Shown: piece after piece, positions 43,328-52,937 of the stretch
Layout of the letters: the number at the start of each line of letters is the position of its first letter
Position numbering within the stretch: position 1 is the first letter of the stretch
Source: an uncultured Planctomycetota bacterium
Lineage (GTDB): Bacteria; Planctomycetota; PLA2; JAEUHO01
NCBI GenBank assembly: GCA_963752285.1
Contig: CAVVXN010000002.1
Span: 480,001-544,000 of the forward strand
Direction of reading: 5' to 3'
DNA: 64,000 nt
Program-made: the position numbers and the translations under genes
Notes under the pieces: model-generated
Database searches by the model: none
Told to the model about the DNA's origin: nothing
Seen by the model: the letters and a program-made list of their open reading frames with translations, nothing else

Positions 43328-45325
43328 ATGCGCTACACCGTCGTTTTCTCCTTCGTGGCCCTCGGTCTGCTCGCGGCGTGCGGCGGCGGCAGCGGCGCGG
43401 CGCCCTACGTCGCCCCGCCGCAGGACCTCGCCGCCCCGGCCGGGGTCGGCCTCGACGCCGCAGAGCAGCAGCTCACGGTGTCGTGGGACACCGTTCCCGC
43501 GGCGTCGGGCTACCACGTCTACCTCGCCGCCGCGGCGGGCATCACGGCGGAGGGGATCGACGCGATGCCCGGCGGGCGCGTCGTAACCGTCACCGACGCG
43601 ACGACCTTCACGTTCGCGGGCCTCGAGGCGGGCACGACCTGGTGCTGCCGCGTCGATGCGTACGACGCCGCCCGGCGGTCCGACCTCTCCGAGGAGGTCG
43701 CCGCGCTCCTCCCGCCGTCCGCCCCCACGGGGCTCGCGGTGGTCGCCGCCGACCAGGCGGTGCGGCTCCAGTGGAATCCCGCCCCGGGCGCGACGGCCTA
43801 CGACGTCTACGTGGCCGCGAGCCCGGACCTGACCAGCGCCACGTGGGCGATCCTGCCCGCAGGCGTGGCGTTCCCCGACGCCGTGAGCCCGCTCGTCGTG
43901 ACGGGCCTCGAGAACGACGTCCCGGTCTACCTCGTCGTGGTGGCCCGAAACGCGTCCGGTCCGAGCGCGGACTCGCAGGTCGTCTCGGCGACGCCCGTCG
44001 CCCCGCTGATGGTCGAGGACCTCTCGGGAAGCGAAGGTCCCGGTGAGGTGACGATCACCTGGTCGGACCTCGGCGAGGGCGCGACCTACGTGCTCTACGT
44101 CGCCACCGAGCCCGGCGTCACCAGCGAGAACTGGGAGAGCCTCGAAGGCGGTCAGCGCTTCGTGGACGCCACGAGCCCCTTCACGCTCTCGGACCTCGAC
44201 GCGGGGACGACGGTCTACTTCGTCGTGACGGTGCTCGACGCCGGCGTCGAGGGGCCCGCCTCGGAGGAGGCCTCTGCGACGCCGAACGGCCGCGGCACGT
44301 TCAGCGCCGGCGTCGCCCCCTCGGTGGGGGCGGGGCCCGTGGACCTCGCGCTGGCCGACCTCGACGGGGACGGCGCGCTCGACGTGGTGACCGCGGACCG
44401 GGATGACGAGACCCTCACCGTGCTCCCCGGTCAGGGCGACGGGCACTTCGGCACGGCCGTGACCGTGGACCTCGGCTCCGCCCCGGGGGCGGTGTCCGTC
44501 GGCGACGTGGACGGGGACGGCGTCCCGGACCTCGCGGTCTCGCTGCCCGACGAGGGCGCGGTCGTGGTCCTGGCGGGCGACGGGTCGCTCGGCTTCACCG
44601 AGGCCGTCCGGCTCGACACGGACGACGCGGCGGGGCGGGTGCAACTCGTGGACCTCGACGGCGACGGCGCCCTCGACCTCCTCGCCTCGATCCGCGACGC
44701 GGGGGAGGTCCAGGTGTGGCTGGGCGACGGCGAGGGCGGCTTCGACGCGACCGACGCCGTCGGCACGAGCGTCTACCCCGGCGGGTTCTCGCTCGGCGAC
44801 CTGGACGGGGACGGGGTCCTCGACCTGGCCGTGGCGAACACGGGCGACAACAGCGTTTCGCTCTTCGTGGGCCTCGGCGACGGCACGTTCACGAGCTGGA
44901 CGTCGCTCGGCGCCGCGCCCGAGCTCGGCGACGTCTCGCTCGCGGACGTAGACGGCGACGGCACGCCCGAGGTCCTCCCGATCGCGGGGAGCATCGCGAT
45001 GGTCGAGTGCTTCGCGATCGACGCGGCCGGAGACGTCGAGCGGGTCGCCGGAGTTCCCGCGGGCCTCCAGCCCTCGGGCGTGGCGGTGGCCGACCTCGAC
45101 GGCGACGGCACGATCGACGTCCTCGTCCTGAATCGGGGCGAGAACGGCGTGTCGGTGCTCCGTGGCGGGTCGGGCCTCGAGTTCACCCCGAGGCAGAGGA
45201 TCGACCAGATCGCGAACCCGACCGGTCGCGTGTTCCTCGTGGACCTCGACGGGGACGGACTCCTCGACGCGGTCTACGCCAGCGAGCCGGAGGGCCGGGT
45301 GCAGGTCCTCCTCGGCAACTCCTGA
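43328..45325 (+). CDS. Lipoprotein with three fibronectin-III-like domains and FG-GAP/VCBS beta-propeller
   Basis: Lipobox LAAC; FN3 LTVSWD..ASGYHVY, VRLQWNP..ATAYDVY; about 7 D(L/V)DGDG repeats. Confidence 0.92.
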   Translation: MRYTVVFSFVALGLLAACGGGSGAAPYVAPPQDLAAPAGVGLDAAEQQLTVSWDTVPAASGYHVYLAAAAGITAEGIDAMPGGRVVTVTDATTFTFAGLEAGTTWCCRVDAYDAARRSDLSEEVAALLPPSAPTGLAVVAADQAVRLQWNPAPGATAYDVYVAASPDLTSATWAILPAGVAFPDAVSPLVVTGLENDVPVYLVVVARNASGPSADSQVVSATPVAPLMVEDLSGSEGPGEVTITWSDLGEGATYVLYVATEPGVTSENWESLEGGQRFVDATSPFTLSDLDAGTTVYFVVTVLDAGVEGPASEEASATPNGRGTFSAGVAPSVGAGPVDLALADLDGDGALDVVTADRDDETLTVLPGQGDGHFGTAVTVDLGSAPGAVSVGDVDGDGVPDLAVSLPDEGAVVVLAGDGSLGFTEAVRLDTDDAAGRVQLVDLDGDGALDLLASIRDAGEVQVWLGDGEGGFDATDAVGTSVYPGGFSLGDLDGDGVLDLAVANTGDNSVSLFVGLGDGTFTSWTSLGAAPELGDVSLADVDGDGTPEVLPIAGSIAMVECFAIDAAGDVERVAGVPAGLQPSGVAVADLDGDGTIDVLVLNRGENGVSVLRGGSGLEFTPRQRIDQIANPTGRVFLVDLDGDGLLDAVYASEPEGRVQVLLGNS

Positions 45326-45385
45326 CGGTCGCCAGGGCGACGAGGCCCGGGCGGGGCCGGCGCGCGGCCCCGCCCATGGCCGTCC

Positions 45386-48300
45386 TCATCGATCGGTGAC
45401 GGTCAGGCGGGTCTCGTCGGAGTTCGCCCGGAGCTCGGGGGCGTACATCGCGAAGCAGCGCGCGGGGAGCGCGTGGAAGGTGCCGGGAATCTCCGCCCGC
45501 AGCCGGTAGCGGAGGAGGTGCGATCCCTGGTCGATGGAGCCCACGAAGAAGGCGACCTTCTCGTCCCGGAGCTCCATGTACGACCAGAAGCCCTCCTGGC
45601 CCTCGCCGCCGCTTCGGACCTCCACGGGTTCCATCCCCGCGGGCTTCGGGTCCTCGAACGCGAGGTACGTGTACGTGTTGTCGCTCGTGACCTCGAGCTC
45701 GACCTGGATCACGTCCCCGCTCGCGACGGAGTCGCCGTCGTGGATCGGGACGCGCTCGTAGCGGAGCCGCCTCTCCTTCACCGGGTTCCTGTCGGCGCCC
45801 TCCACGGTCACCTCGAAGGGGACCTGCTTCAGGAGGAAGTACCGCCGCTCGATCTTCAGCTCGTGGCCGGCCGCGGTGATCGGCTCCTCCTTCGTGAAGT
45901 AGGAGAGGTACGTGTTCAGGTACACCGCGCCCGGGCCGGTCTTCGTGACCCGGAGCACGTGCTTCCCGCCGGAGAGCGCCACGCCCTCCACCACGAACCG
46001 GCTGTCGTACGTGAAGAGGTTGTCACGGGAGATCTTGACCTCCTTCACGATCTTCCCGTCGTCGAGGTCGAGGCGGAGCACGTAGTCCGGGCTCCCCTCG
46101 CCGCTCGCGCGCACGAATGCGCTCATCGCCGAGACGCACAGCGTCGTGTCCCGCGTCGAGCGCCAGTAGTAGCCGTTCTTCCGGTTGGCGAGCAGCCACT
46201 TCACGAGTCGCGGCGCGACCTCGCTCTTCGGGTCGATCTCGACGAGCGCACGGAGGGCCCAGGCGTTGGTCTCGATGTCGTTGTTCCACCAGAACCACCA
46301 GCCGCGGTCGGGCGTGCGGACCCAGGCGACCTGGGTCTCGTCGTTGCGCTCGAGCTGCTGCATGACGTTTTGGAGGCAGATCCCGGCGCGCTCGTCGTCC
46401 TTCAGGTTCGCGAACGCGAGGGCCAGGAGCGACTTCCCGTAGCCACTCAGGCGGTCCCGGCCCGCGAAGAGGCGGTCGAGCAGGTCGCCGGGACGCTGGT
46501 CGTCCTTCGCGGGCTCGATCTTCGCGCGGGCGCCGGTCATCGAGAGGACGTACGCGGCGAACGCGTACGTCTCGCTCGGCCCCCAGGATTTCGACGCCAT
46601 CTGGCCTTCGACCCAGCCCGTCAGGAACCGGGCCCCCCGCTCGACGAGCTCGTTCGGCACCGCGACGTCGGCGTCCCGCGCCGAGAGCAGCGCGAAGAGG
46701 ACGTACGAGGTGAGGTACGGGTTGGAATCGTCGCGGGTCCACCAGCCCCATCCGCCGTCGCTCTGCTCCATCGAGGCGATCTTCCGAAGGCCCGAGTCGA
46801 TGATCTTCTCGAGCTCCTGCGGGTCGAAGACGGGGCTCTCGGCGTAGTAGGCGCCGATGCGGTGGCCCTCGCCCGCCTCGGCCCGCCGGATCTCGTCCAT
46901 GCGGCCGCGGATGCCCTTCAGGTCGGCCAGGGACAGACCCAGGTCTTGGAGCGTCTTGCGCGTGAGCACTGCGGGCAGGAAGCGACTGACCGTCTGCTCG
47001 GTGCAGCCGTAGGGGTAGTCCAGGCAGTAGGGGAGCGCGTCGAGCATCGCGCCGACGAGCGTCGGCGCGTAGCGGACCTCCAGGCGCGTCAGGTCGGGCC
47101 GGCGCTCGTCGGGCACCTGGAGGGCGACCTCGAGCGCGCGGTCCTTCGGGTCGGGCCGGAGGGACTCCGTGCTCGCGACCTGCTTCGTCATGCCATGGAC
47201 GAGGACCGGGAACTCCAGGCGCATCGCGTCGGACTCCTCGTCCGTCTTCGCCGTCGCCGTGATCGCCGCCCGGCCCTCGCCGAGCACGCGGACGCGCCAG
47301 TCCACGCGCGCCTCGCCGCCCGCGTCCACGTCCACGCTCACCGTCGCCGGCGTGTCCTTCGAGAGCTCCAGCAGCTCCGACGGCAGGTCGATCGACACCT
47401 CGGCCCGCTTCGCGGTCTCGAGGTAGTTGTGCACGTTCGCGCTCAAGACCACCTCGTCGCGCTCCTGGAAGAAACGCGGCGCCTGGAGGCGGACGATCAG
47501 GTTCTTCGTCGTGACGTACGTGGTCGAGGCCTGTCCGACGCGCGTCTCCTTCGTCATGCTCCAGGCGTTGACCTTCCAGGTCGTGAGGTTCTCCGGCATC
47601 TCGACGGTCGTCTCGACGCTCCCGTCCTCGCCCGTCTCGAGCGTCGTCTGCCAGAGCGCCGTGTCCGCGAACCTCGTGCGGACCTCGGGCTCGACGAGCG
47701 GAGCCTCGCCCGCGGCGTCGAGCTTCCCGCCGGCCGGCCCGCTGGGCGGCGGGGCCGCGGCGCCGGCCTCCAGGGACTTTCGCGATCTCTCGGCCGCCGC
47801 CGCCGGCGTGCTCGGCGCCTTCGTCGCGCCCGCGAACCCGCTGGTGGCTTGGATTCCCCTGTCCCCGTCGCCCCCTTCGAAGTCGAGCCCCATGTCCTTC
47901 AGCTCGTCCTGGGCCCAGCTCTCGCGCGCGAGCTCTCCCGACACGCCCCAGGCGCCGAACCACCCCTCGGGCCACGGCCAGGTCTGCTCGTAGGGGCGGA
48001 GCACGCCGCCCCAGGAGGAGAGCTGTTCCAGCAGGTTCGTCTCGGTCACGGCAGTGTGCGCCCTCAGACGCCCGTGGAAGAAGGTCGCGAGCTCGGGCGT
48101 CACCTCGGGCTGGATGTAGAGCACGGAACGGTCGAACGCCGCGAGCGTCACCTGCGCCTTCGCGGGCGTCCCGTCCGGCCGGGTCGCCCGGACCCTCACG
48201 GTCGCCTTCTCGCCGGGTCGGTACGTCGCCTTGTCGGCAACGACCTCGACGTTCAGCATCCCGTCCTCGGGGGGCACGCAGAGCTGCACGACCTGATCGT

Positions 48301-51300
48301 GCACGTGCGCGTTCGCCACCGTGGTCGCCTCGACGAAGAAGTTCGGGACGCTGCCGTCCAGGATCGGCACGTCCACGACCGCGCTGCGGACGGGCAGGTG
48401 GACCATCCGCCAGGAGAGGATCGTCCCGTCGTCCACGCGGTCCGCGAAGATCACCCACGAGTCGGCCTTCTTCGCGTTGACCATCACGTGCGCGGTCTCG
48501 CCGGGGCGGTACGTGCGCTTGTCGGTGATGAGCTCCAGATCGTCGAACCGCTGGAGCTTCCCTTCGAAGTCCTCGCCGCAGACCCAGACGAGACCGTGGC
48601 CCCGGACCGTCCCGCCCCACGCGTCGGGGGCCTCGAAGCCGAGCTGGAGCTGGCCGCTCTTCTCGGGGCGGAAGCGCACCTCGGCGCGGCCGTTCGCGTC
48701 CGTCTCCACGGTCATCTGGTCGAGGCGGGTCGTCGCGATCGTCTCGTCGTCGGGCATGCTCCCCGCGCGTCCGCCGAAGCGAACGTCGTCGATCGTGAGG
48801 AGTCCCTTCGTCTGGACGGGCTTCCCGTCCGGCGTGACGCACCGGACCTCCACGACCATCTCCTCGCCGGGTCGGACCCAGCCCCTCTGGGCGCCGACGA
48901 ACGCGTACCACGCCTGTCGCGTCACGACGACCGCGCCCTCGCCCGAGATCACCCGGCGGCTCGCGTCGCGGACGTCGGCCTCGATGACGTAGCGCTCGTC
49001 GCGGTCGGGGTGGTCACGCTTCGCGTCCGCCGTCTCGATCTCGACCGAGAGCGTGCCGTCCGCGGAGATCCGGCCCGCGCCCTGCTGCACGAGCTCGCGG
49101 ACCGGGTTCGCCCGCTGGCCACCCCACCACCCGTACGGCGGCACCCAGCAGCACAGCCGCTCCCGCCACCAGGGGAACCACCCGTAGGAGTACCAGGGGA
49201 GACCGTAGCCGGGACCGTAGAGCCAGTCCCAGCGGCCCCCCGGGTAGAGCGCCTGGCGGTACTCCTCGCGGAAGACCTTGTACTGGACGTCGGCGTCGCT
49301 CACCGGCGCGCCGAAGTAGTACTTCGCCGTGATCTTCGCGGTCACGGAGTCGCCGAGCTTCACGTGGTGCTTCGACGGCTCGACCGTCACCTCGAACTCG
49401 GGCTTCTTGTACTCCTCTACGCGAAAGGTCTGTCCGCCCACGACGTTCGCGCCATGGACGTCGATCCGGTACACGCCGAGCGTCGGCTCCTCGCCGACGA
49501 CGAAGGAGCCGTCGAAGCCGCCGTAGAGGTCCGTCTGCCCGGTGGCTTCGTGGACCTTGTTCCCCCGCGGGTCGTACACCGTGACGGACCACGCCTCGTT
49601 CGGGAGGTCGCTGTACAGGCCCTGGCTGCGCTGGCGAAGCCAGACCTTGTACCGCACGGTGTGCCCCGGGCGGTAGACGGGCCGGTCGGTCGCCACCCAC
49701 GCGAACCGGCCCTGCTCCATCGCGGAGGGGCTGTAGGGCGAGTCGTAGTCCATGCCGGACCACGCGAAACGGCGGTCGTCGCCGGAACCCGCGGTCACGA
49801 GGACGTGGACCTGTCCGTACCGCTCCGTGCCCGGCGGCTTCGCGACCACGACGCCGTTCTCGTCCGTTTGGTACGTGGCGGTCGCGCGGTAGTAGTGCGA
49901 CTTGCGGCCCTTCTGGTCCCAGCGGTTCCAGAACTCGACGGCCTCGAGCTTCGCGCCGGCGACCGGTGCGCCGGAGATCGCGTCGGCCACGTAGTAGAGC
50001 CGTCCCTCCTTGGCCGGCTTCTCGACGAGCGCGAGGTCCGTCATCACGACGACCGCGCGGCTCACGCCCTCGCGGAGCGGGTCCTGTCCCGGCCCGGCGG
50101 CCGGCGGCTCGTCGAGGAAGGCTCCGATCAGGTAGGCGCCCGCGTGGTCGAGCGGCGTCACGATCGTCTTCTGGGCGAAGCGGTGGGTGCCATCGTCTTC
50201 GAGGTCGTCCGACCAGCGGGCCACCTCCGCGCCGACGTGCTTCTTCGCCACCAGGTACGCCCACTGATTGTCGTCGTACTGCTGCGTGAACCAGGCGTGC
50301 CAGTTGCCGAGCGACCAGACGTCGATGGGTCCCTGGAGCTCGTCGAAGGGCTGGTCGCGGACCTCGCGGAAGAACCCGTCGAGGTCGATCCGCCAGGCGA
50401 CGAAGTGCACCTTCGTGGCGTTCCGCCACGACACCTGGATCCGCGCGGGGGCGCCCGTCATCTGCACGCTCGTCTGGTTCACGTGGACCTGGCTCGCGCG
50501 GATGCGCTCGATCTGCTGCTGCGCGTGGGCGGCCCAGTCGGACTTGGGCCACCGCTCGCGCAGCCCCTCGAACTCCGCGAGCGCCGGCACGTACTGCTGC
50601 CGCGTCTGCAGGTGCAACCCGATCGCGTACGAGGCCATCGGCGCGAGCCCCGAGGCCTCGCCGACGCTCTTCGCACGGCCGAGCAGCGCGAGCGCGTCCC
50701 ACGCCCGGGGGAGGGTCACCCGGTGTATCCGGCCGCCCGCGAGGACCAGCGCCTCGTCGTCGCCGAGGTCCCACGGGCGGATCTCCTTCAGCTCGTCCTG
50801 GAGCGGATACCCGTCCCCCGACCACCATCCCCCCGCGATCCCCTGGAGCCTGTCCATACCGAAACGCGCGCGGGCGAGCATCCCCTGGCGATAGAGGCTC
50901 ATCGCCGTGGCGGCGTGGTCGTCGCTCTGGTCGAGACCTCGGATCTCGTCGAGGAGGTAGAGGATCTTCTGATCGTCGTCCGTGGACGCTTCGTAGGTCT
51001 TCGGTTTCACGGGGAAGAGCGGCGCGCCGTCGGGCCCGACGCGAAGGCCCGTCGGACGGTGGCGCCGGAGCTCCCAGTCGGAGTACATCTCCTGGAAGTC
51101 CTCCTCGCCGGCGGTATCTGCCGCGAGGTCGTCGCGCTCGGCCCAGTAGCCCCACCAGAACCCGCTGTCCTGCTCGTAGATCCCGAAGCGCGCGCACGCG
51201 CCGGCGAGGTCGAAGAGCGCCTGGACCCGCTCGGCGTGCCACCCCGCCGCGTCCTTCTCGCTCCCGAGCGCCTGGGCGAGCGGCTTCGCCTTCTCCTTCG

Positions 51301-51784
51301 TGTCGTACGCGGCGTAGAGGTCGCGCGCCTTCTCCAGATGGGCGACCGAGATCTTCTTGTCGTGGCGCGCCGAGCGGAGCTGGATGCCCTGGCGCCACTC
51401 GCCCCGGTAGAAGGTCCCGCCCGATCGCGTCCCCCAGTGCGGCACCGAGACCCAGAGGTCGCCGGCGAACCGACGAGCGCGGGCCTCCCACGGAGAGCCC
51501 TCGGCGCGCCGGACCCAGCCCTCGGCGTCGTCGAGGGCCGCGTCGAACCGCTGGAGCCGGACGTGACACGCGACGAGGCGCTGGGCCAGGCGGCTCACCT
51601 CCTTCGGGTCGGTGACCTTCGGGAGGGCGGTGGCGTAGATGTCGGCCGCCTCCTGGTAGTTCTTGTCCTGGAACAGCTTCTCCGCCCGGGCGAGGTCCTC
51701 GTCCGACCGGGCGGGGGCGACGAGCGCGAGGCCGACGAGCAGGAGCGAGAGGAGCGCCAGCAGTCGGGCCGGGGCGATGCGCAT
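45386..51784 (-). CDS. Bacterial alpha-2-macroglobulin family protein (2132 aa)
   Basis: GGAGG RBS, signal peptide; TDRPVYRPG, FRVEEYKKPEF, VRTRFADTALW, MPENLTTW, thioester YPYGCTEQ (CTEQ 46994-47005), DGGWGWW, WRSTRDT, AMYAPE. Confidence 0.95.
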   Translation of the reverse strand: MRIAPARLLALLSLLLVGLALVAPARSDEDLARAEKLFQDKNYQEAADIYATALPKVTDPKEVSRLAQRLVACHVRLQRFDAALDDAEGWVRRAEGSPWEARARRFAGDLWVSVPHWGTRSGGTFYRGEWRQGIQLRSARHDKKISVAHLEKARDLYAAYDTKEKAKPLAQALGSEKDAAGWHAERVQALFDLAGACARFGIYEQDSGFWWGYWAERDDLAADTAGEEDFQEMYSDWELRRHRPTGLRVGPDGAPLFPVKPKTYEASTDDDQKILYLLDEIRGLDQSDDHAATAMSLYRQGMLARARFGMDRLQGIAGGWWSGDGYPLQDELKEIRPWDLGDDEALVLAGGRIHRVTLPRAWDALALLGRAKSVGEASGLAPMASYAIGLHLQTRQQYVPALAEFEGLRERWPKSDWAAHAQQQIERIRASQVHVNQTSVQMTGAPARIQVSWRNATKVHFVAWRIDLDGFFREVRDQPFDELQGPIDVWSLGNWHAWFTQQYDDNQWAYLVAKKHVGAEVARWSDDLEDDGTHRFAQKTIVTPLDHAGAYLIGAFLDEPPAAGPGQDPLREGVSRAVVVMTDLALVEKPAKEGRLYYVADAISGAPVAGAKLEAVEFWNRWDQKGRKSHYYRATATYQTDENGVVVAKPPGTERYGQVHVLVTAGSGDDRRFAWSGMDYDSPYSPSAMEQGRFAWVATDRPVYRPGHTVRYKVWLRQRSQGLYSDLPNEAWSVTVYDPRGNKVHEATGQTDLYGGFDGSFVVGEEPTLGVYRIDVHGANVVGGQTFRVEEYKKPEFEVTVEPSKHHVKLGDSVTAKITAKYYFGAPVSDADVQYKVFREEYRQALYPGGRWDWLYGPGYGLPWYSYGWFPWWRERLCCWVPPYGWWGGQRANPVRELVQQGAGRISADGTLSVEIETADAKRDHPDRDERYVIEADVRDASRRVISGEGAVVVTRQAWYAFVGAQRGWVRPGEEMVVEVRCVTPDGKPVQTKGLLTIDDVRFGGRAGSMPDDETIATTRLDQMTVETDANGRAEVRFRPEKSGQLQLGFEAPDAWGGTVRGHGLVWVCGEDFEGKLQRFDDLELITDKRTYRPGETAHVMVNAKKADSWVIFADRVDDGTILSWRMVHLPVRSAVVDVPILDGSVPNFFVEATTVANAHVHDQVVQLCVPPEDGMLNVEVVADKATYRPGEKATVRVRATRPDGTPAKAQVTLAAFDRSVLYIQPEVTPELATFFHGRLRAHTAVTETNLLEQLSSWGGVLRPYEQTWPWPEGWFGAWGVSGELARESWAQDELKDMGLDFEGGDGDRGIQATSGFAGATKAPSTPAAAAERSRKSLEAGAAAPPPSGPAGGKLDAAGEAPLVEPEVRTRFADTALWQTTLETGEDGSVETTVEMPENLTTWKVNAWSMTKETRVGQASTTYVTTKNLIVRLQAPRFFQERDEVVLSANVHNYLETAKRAEVSIDLPSELLELSKDTPATVSVDVDAGGEARVDWRVRVLGEGRAAITATAKTDEESDAMRLEFPVLVHGMTKQVASTESLRPDPKDRALEVALQVPDERRPDLTRLEVRYAPTLVGAMLDALPYCLDYPYGCTEQTVSRFLPAVLTRKTLQDLGLSLADLKGIRGRMDEIRRAEAGEGHRIGAYYAESPVFDPQELEKIIDSGLRKIASMEQSDGGWGWWTRDDSNPYLTSYVLFALLSARDADVAVPNELVERGARFLTGWVEGQMASKSWGPSETYAFAAYVLSMTGARAKIEPAKDDQRPGDLLDRLFAGRDRLSGYGKSLLALAFANLKDDERAGICLQNVMQQLERNDETQVAWVRTPDRGWWFWWNNDIETNAWALRALVEIDPKSEVAPRLVKWLLANRKNGYYWRSTRDTTLCVSAMSAFVRASGEGSPDYVLRLDLDDGKIVKEVKISRDNLFTYDSRFVVEGVALSGGKHVLRVTKTGPGAVYLNTYLSYFTKEEPITAAGHELKIERRYFLLKQVPFEVTVEGADRNPVKERRLRYERVPIHDGDSVASGDVIQVELEVTSDNTYTYLAFEDPKPAGMEPVEVRSGGEGQEGFWSYMELRDEKVAFFVGSIDQGSHLLRYRLRAEIPGTFHALPARCFAMYAPELRANSDETRLTVTDR

Positions 51785-52024
51785 GCCAACCTCCGGGGGA
51801 GCGGGACCAGGAGCCCCGCGGGAGACGAGACTCCAGCAGAGCCGGCCGGCGGATCCCACACAAGACTCCCCCGAGCCCGCCCGGGTTCCCGGACATGTCC
51901 CCGACGGGCCGCCGCGAACCGGGCTGGACGCGCCCCCCGGCGGCTCGATCATCCGGCGCGCGGCCCCTCCCTTCGGGCCGGCGCGGAGGCCGACATCCCG
52001 GACGTCGAGATCCGAAGCCGCGGC

Positions 52025-52921
52025 ATGGCGGGCGCCCACCCCGTAGATCGGGAACGGCGATGGGCCCTCGCCCTCGCGGTCGCGGTCGCGGCCGTGTGGG
52101 GGCTCTCGTTCGTGGCGACCCGGGCGGCGGTGGCCGAGATCGCGCCCTTCACGCTGGCGTTCCTCCGCTTCGCCATCGCGATGGTCCTGCTCGGGCCGCT
52201 CGGCAGGCGGGCCCTCGCGGGCCGGACGCTCGCGCGGCGGGACCACGTGGACCTGCTCCTCCTCGGCCTCGTGGGCGTCACCGCGGCGGTTGGCCTCGAG
52301 AACCTGGGACTCGAGCACACGACCGCGGCGCACGGAGCGCTGATCGTCTCGCTGGCGCCGATCGCCTCGGCGCTGACGGACGCGATCCGCGACCGACGTC
52401 GTCCCCCCGCGCGGAGCGTGGCGGGGCTCGTCGTGGCCCTCGCCGGCGTCGGCCTGATCGTCGGCCGCGACACCGGCGGGGGCGTCGCCACGGTGCTGGG
52501 CGACGTGCTGATCCTCGTCACGGTCCCGCTCTGGGTGGCCTACGGGATCCTCGTGAGCCGCCTGGCCCCGCGCGTCCCCCTCACGGCCGTGACCTCCGTC
52601 TCGCTCGGCTGGGGGTGCGTGATGCTCGCCCCGCTGGCGCTCGCGGAGGCCTTTCGGGGCCCGATCCGGATGCCCTCCGTGGCGGCGCTCGCCGCGCTCG
52701 TGGGGCTCGGCGTGTTCTGCTCGGCCCTCGCCTACCTCTGGTGGAACCGCGCGCTCTCGGTCCTCGGCGTGGCGACCACGAACGCGTTCATCTACGCGAT
52801 CCCCCTCTTCGCCGTGGTGGGGGGGATCGTCCTCCTCGGCGAGCCGCTGACGTTCGAGGTCGCGGCCGGCGGGACCCTCGTGATCGCCGGCCTCCTGCTG
52901 GTCGCCCGCCGCGGTCCCTGA
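52025..52921 (+). CDS. DMT/EamA family transporter
   Basis: VWGLSFVATR, LAFLRFAIA, SALAYLWWN, LLGEPLT; 10 TMs. Confidence 0.92.
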   Translation: MAGAHPVDRERRWALALAVAVAAVWGLSFVATRAAVAEIAPFTLAFLRFAIAMVLLGPLGRRALAGRTLARRDHVDLLLLGLVGVTAAVGLENLGLEHTTAAHGALIVSLAPIASALTDAIRDRRRPPARSVAGLVVALAGVGLIVGRDTGGGVATVLGDVLILVTVPLWVAYGILVSRLAPRVPLTAVTSVSLGWGCVMLAPLALAEAFRGPIRMPSVAALAALVGLGVFCSALAYLWWNRALSVLGVATTNAFIYAIPLFAVVGGIVLLGEPLTFEVAAGGTLVIAGLLLVARRGP

Positions 52922-52937
52922 CGCGGCGCGCGCGGGC

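Noticed and set aside
44350..45270. Recurrent gacctcgacggggacgg DNA repeats
   Set aside because: Explained by coding FG-GAP (DLDGDG) repeats.
45473..52024. N-terminal part of the 2482-aa plus-strand ORF
   Set aside because: Antisense to the alpha-2-macroglobulin; only 52025-52921 (EamA) is real.
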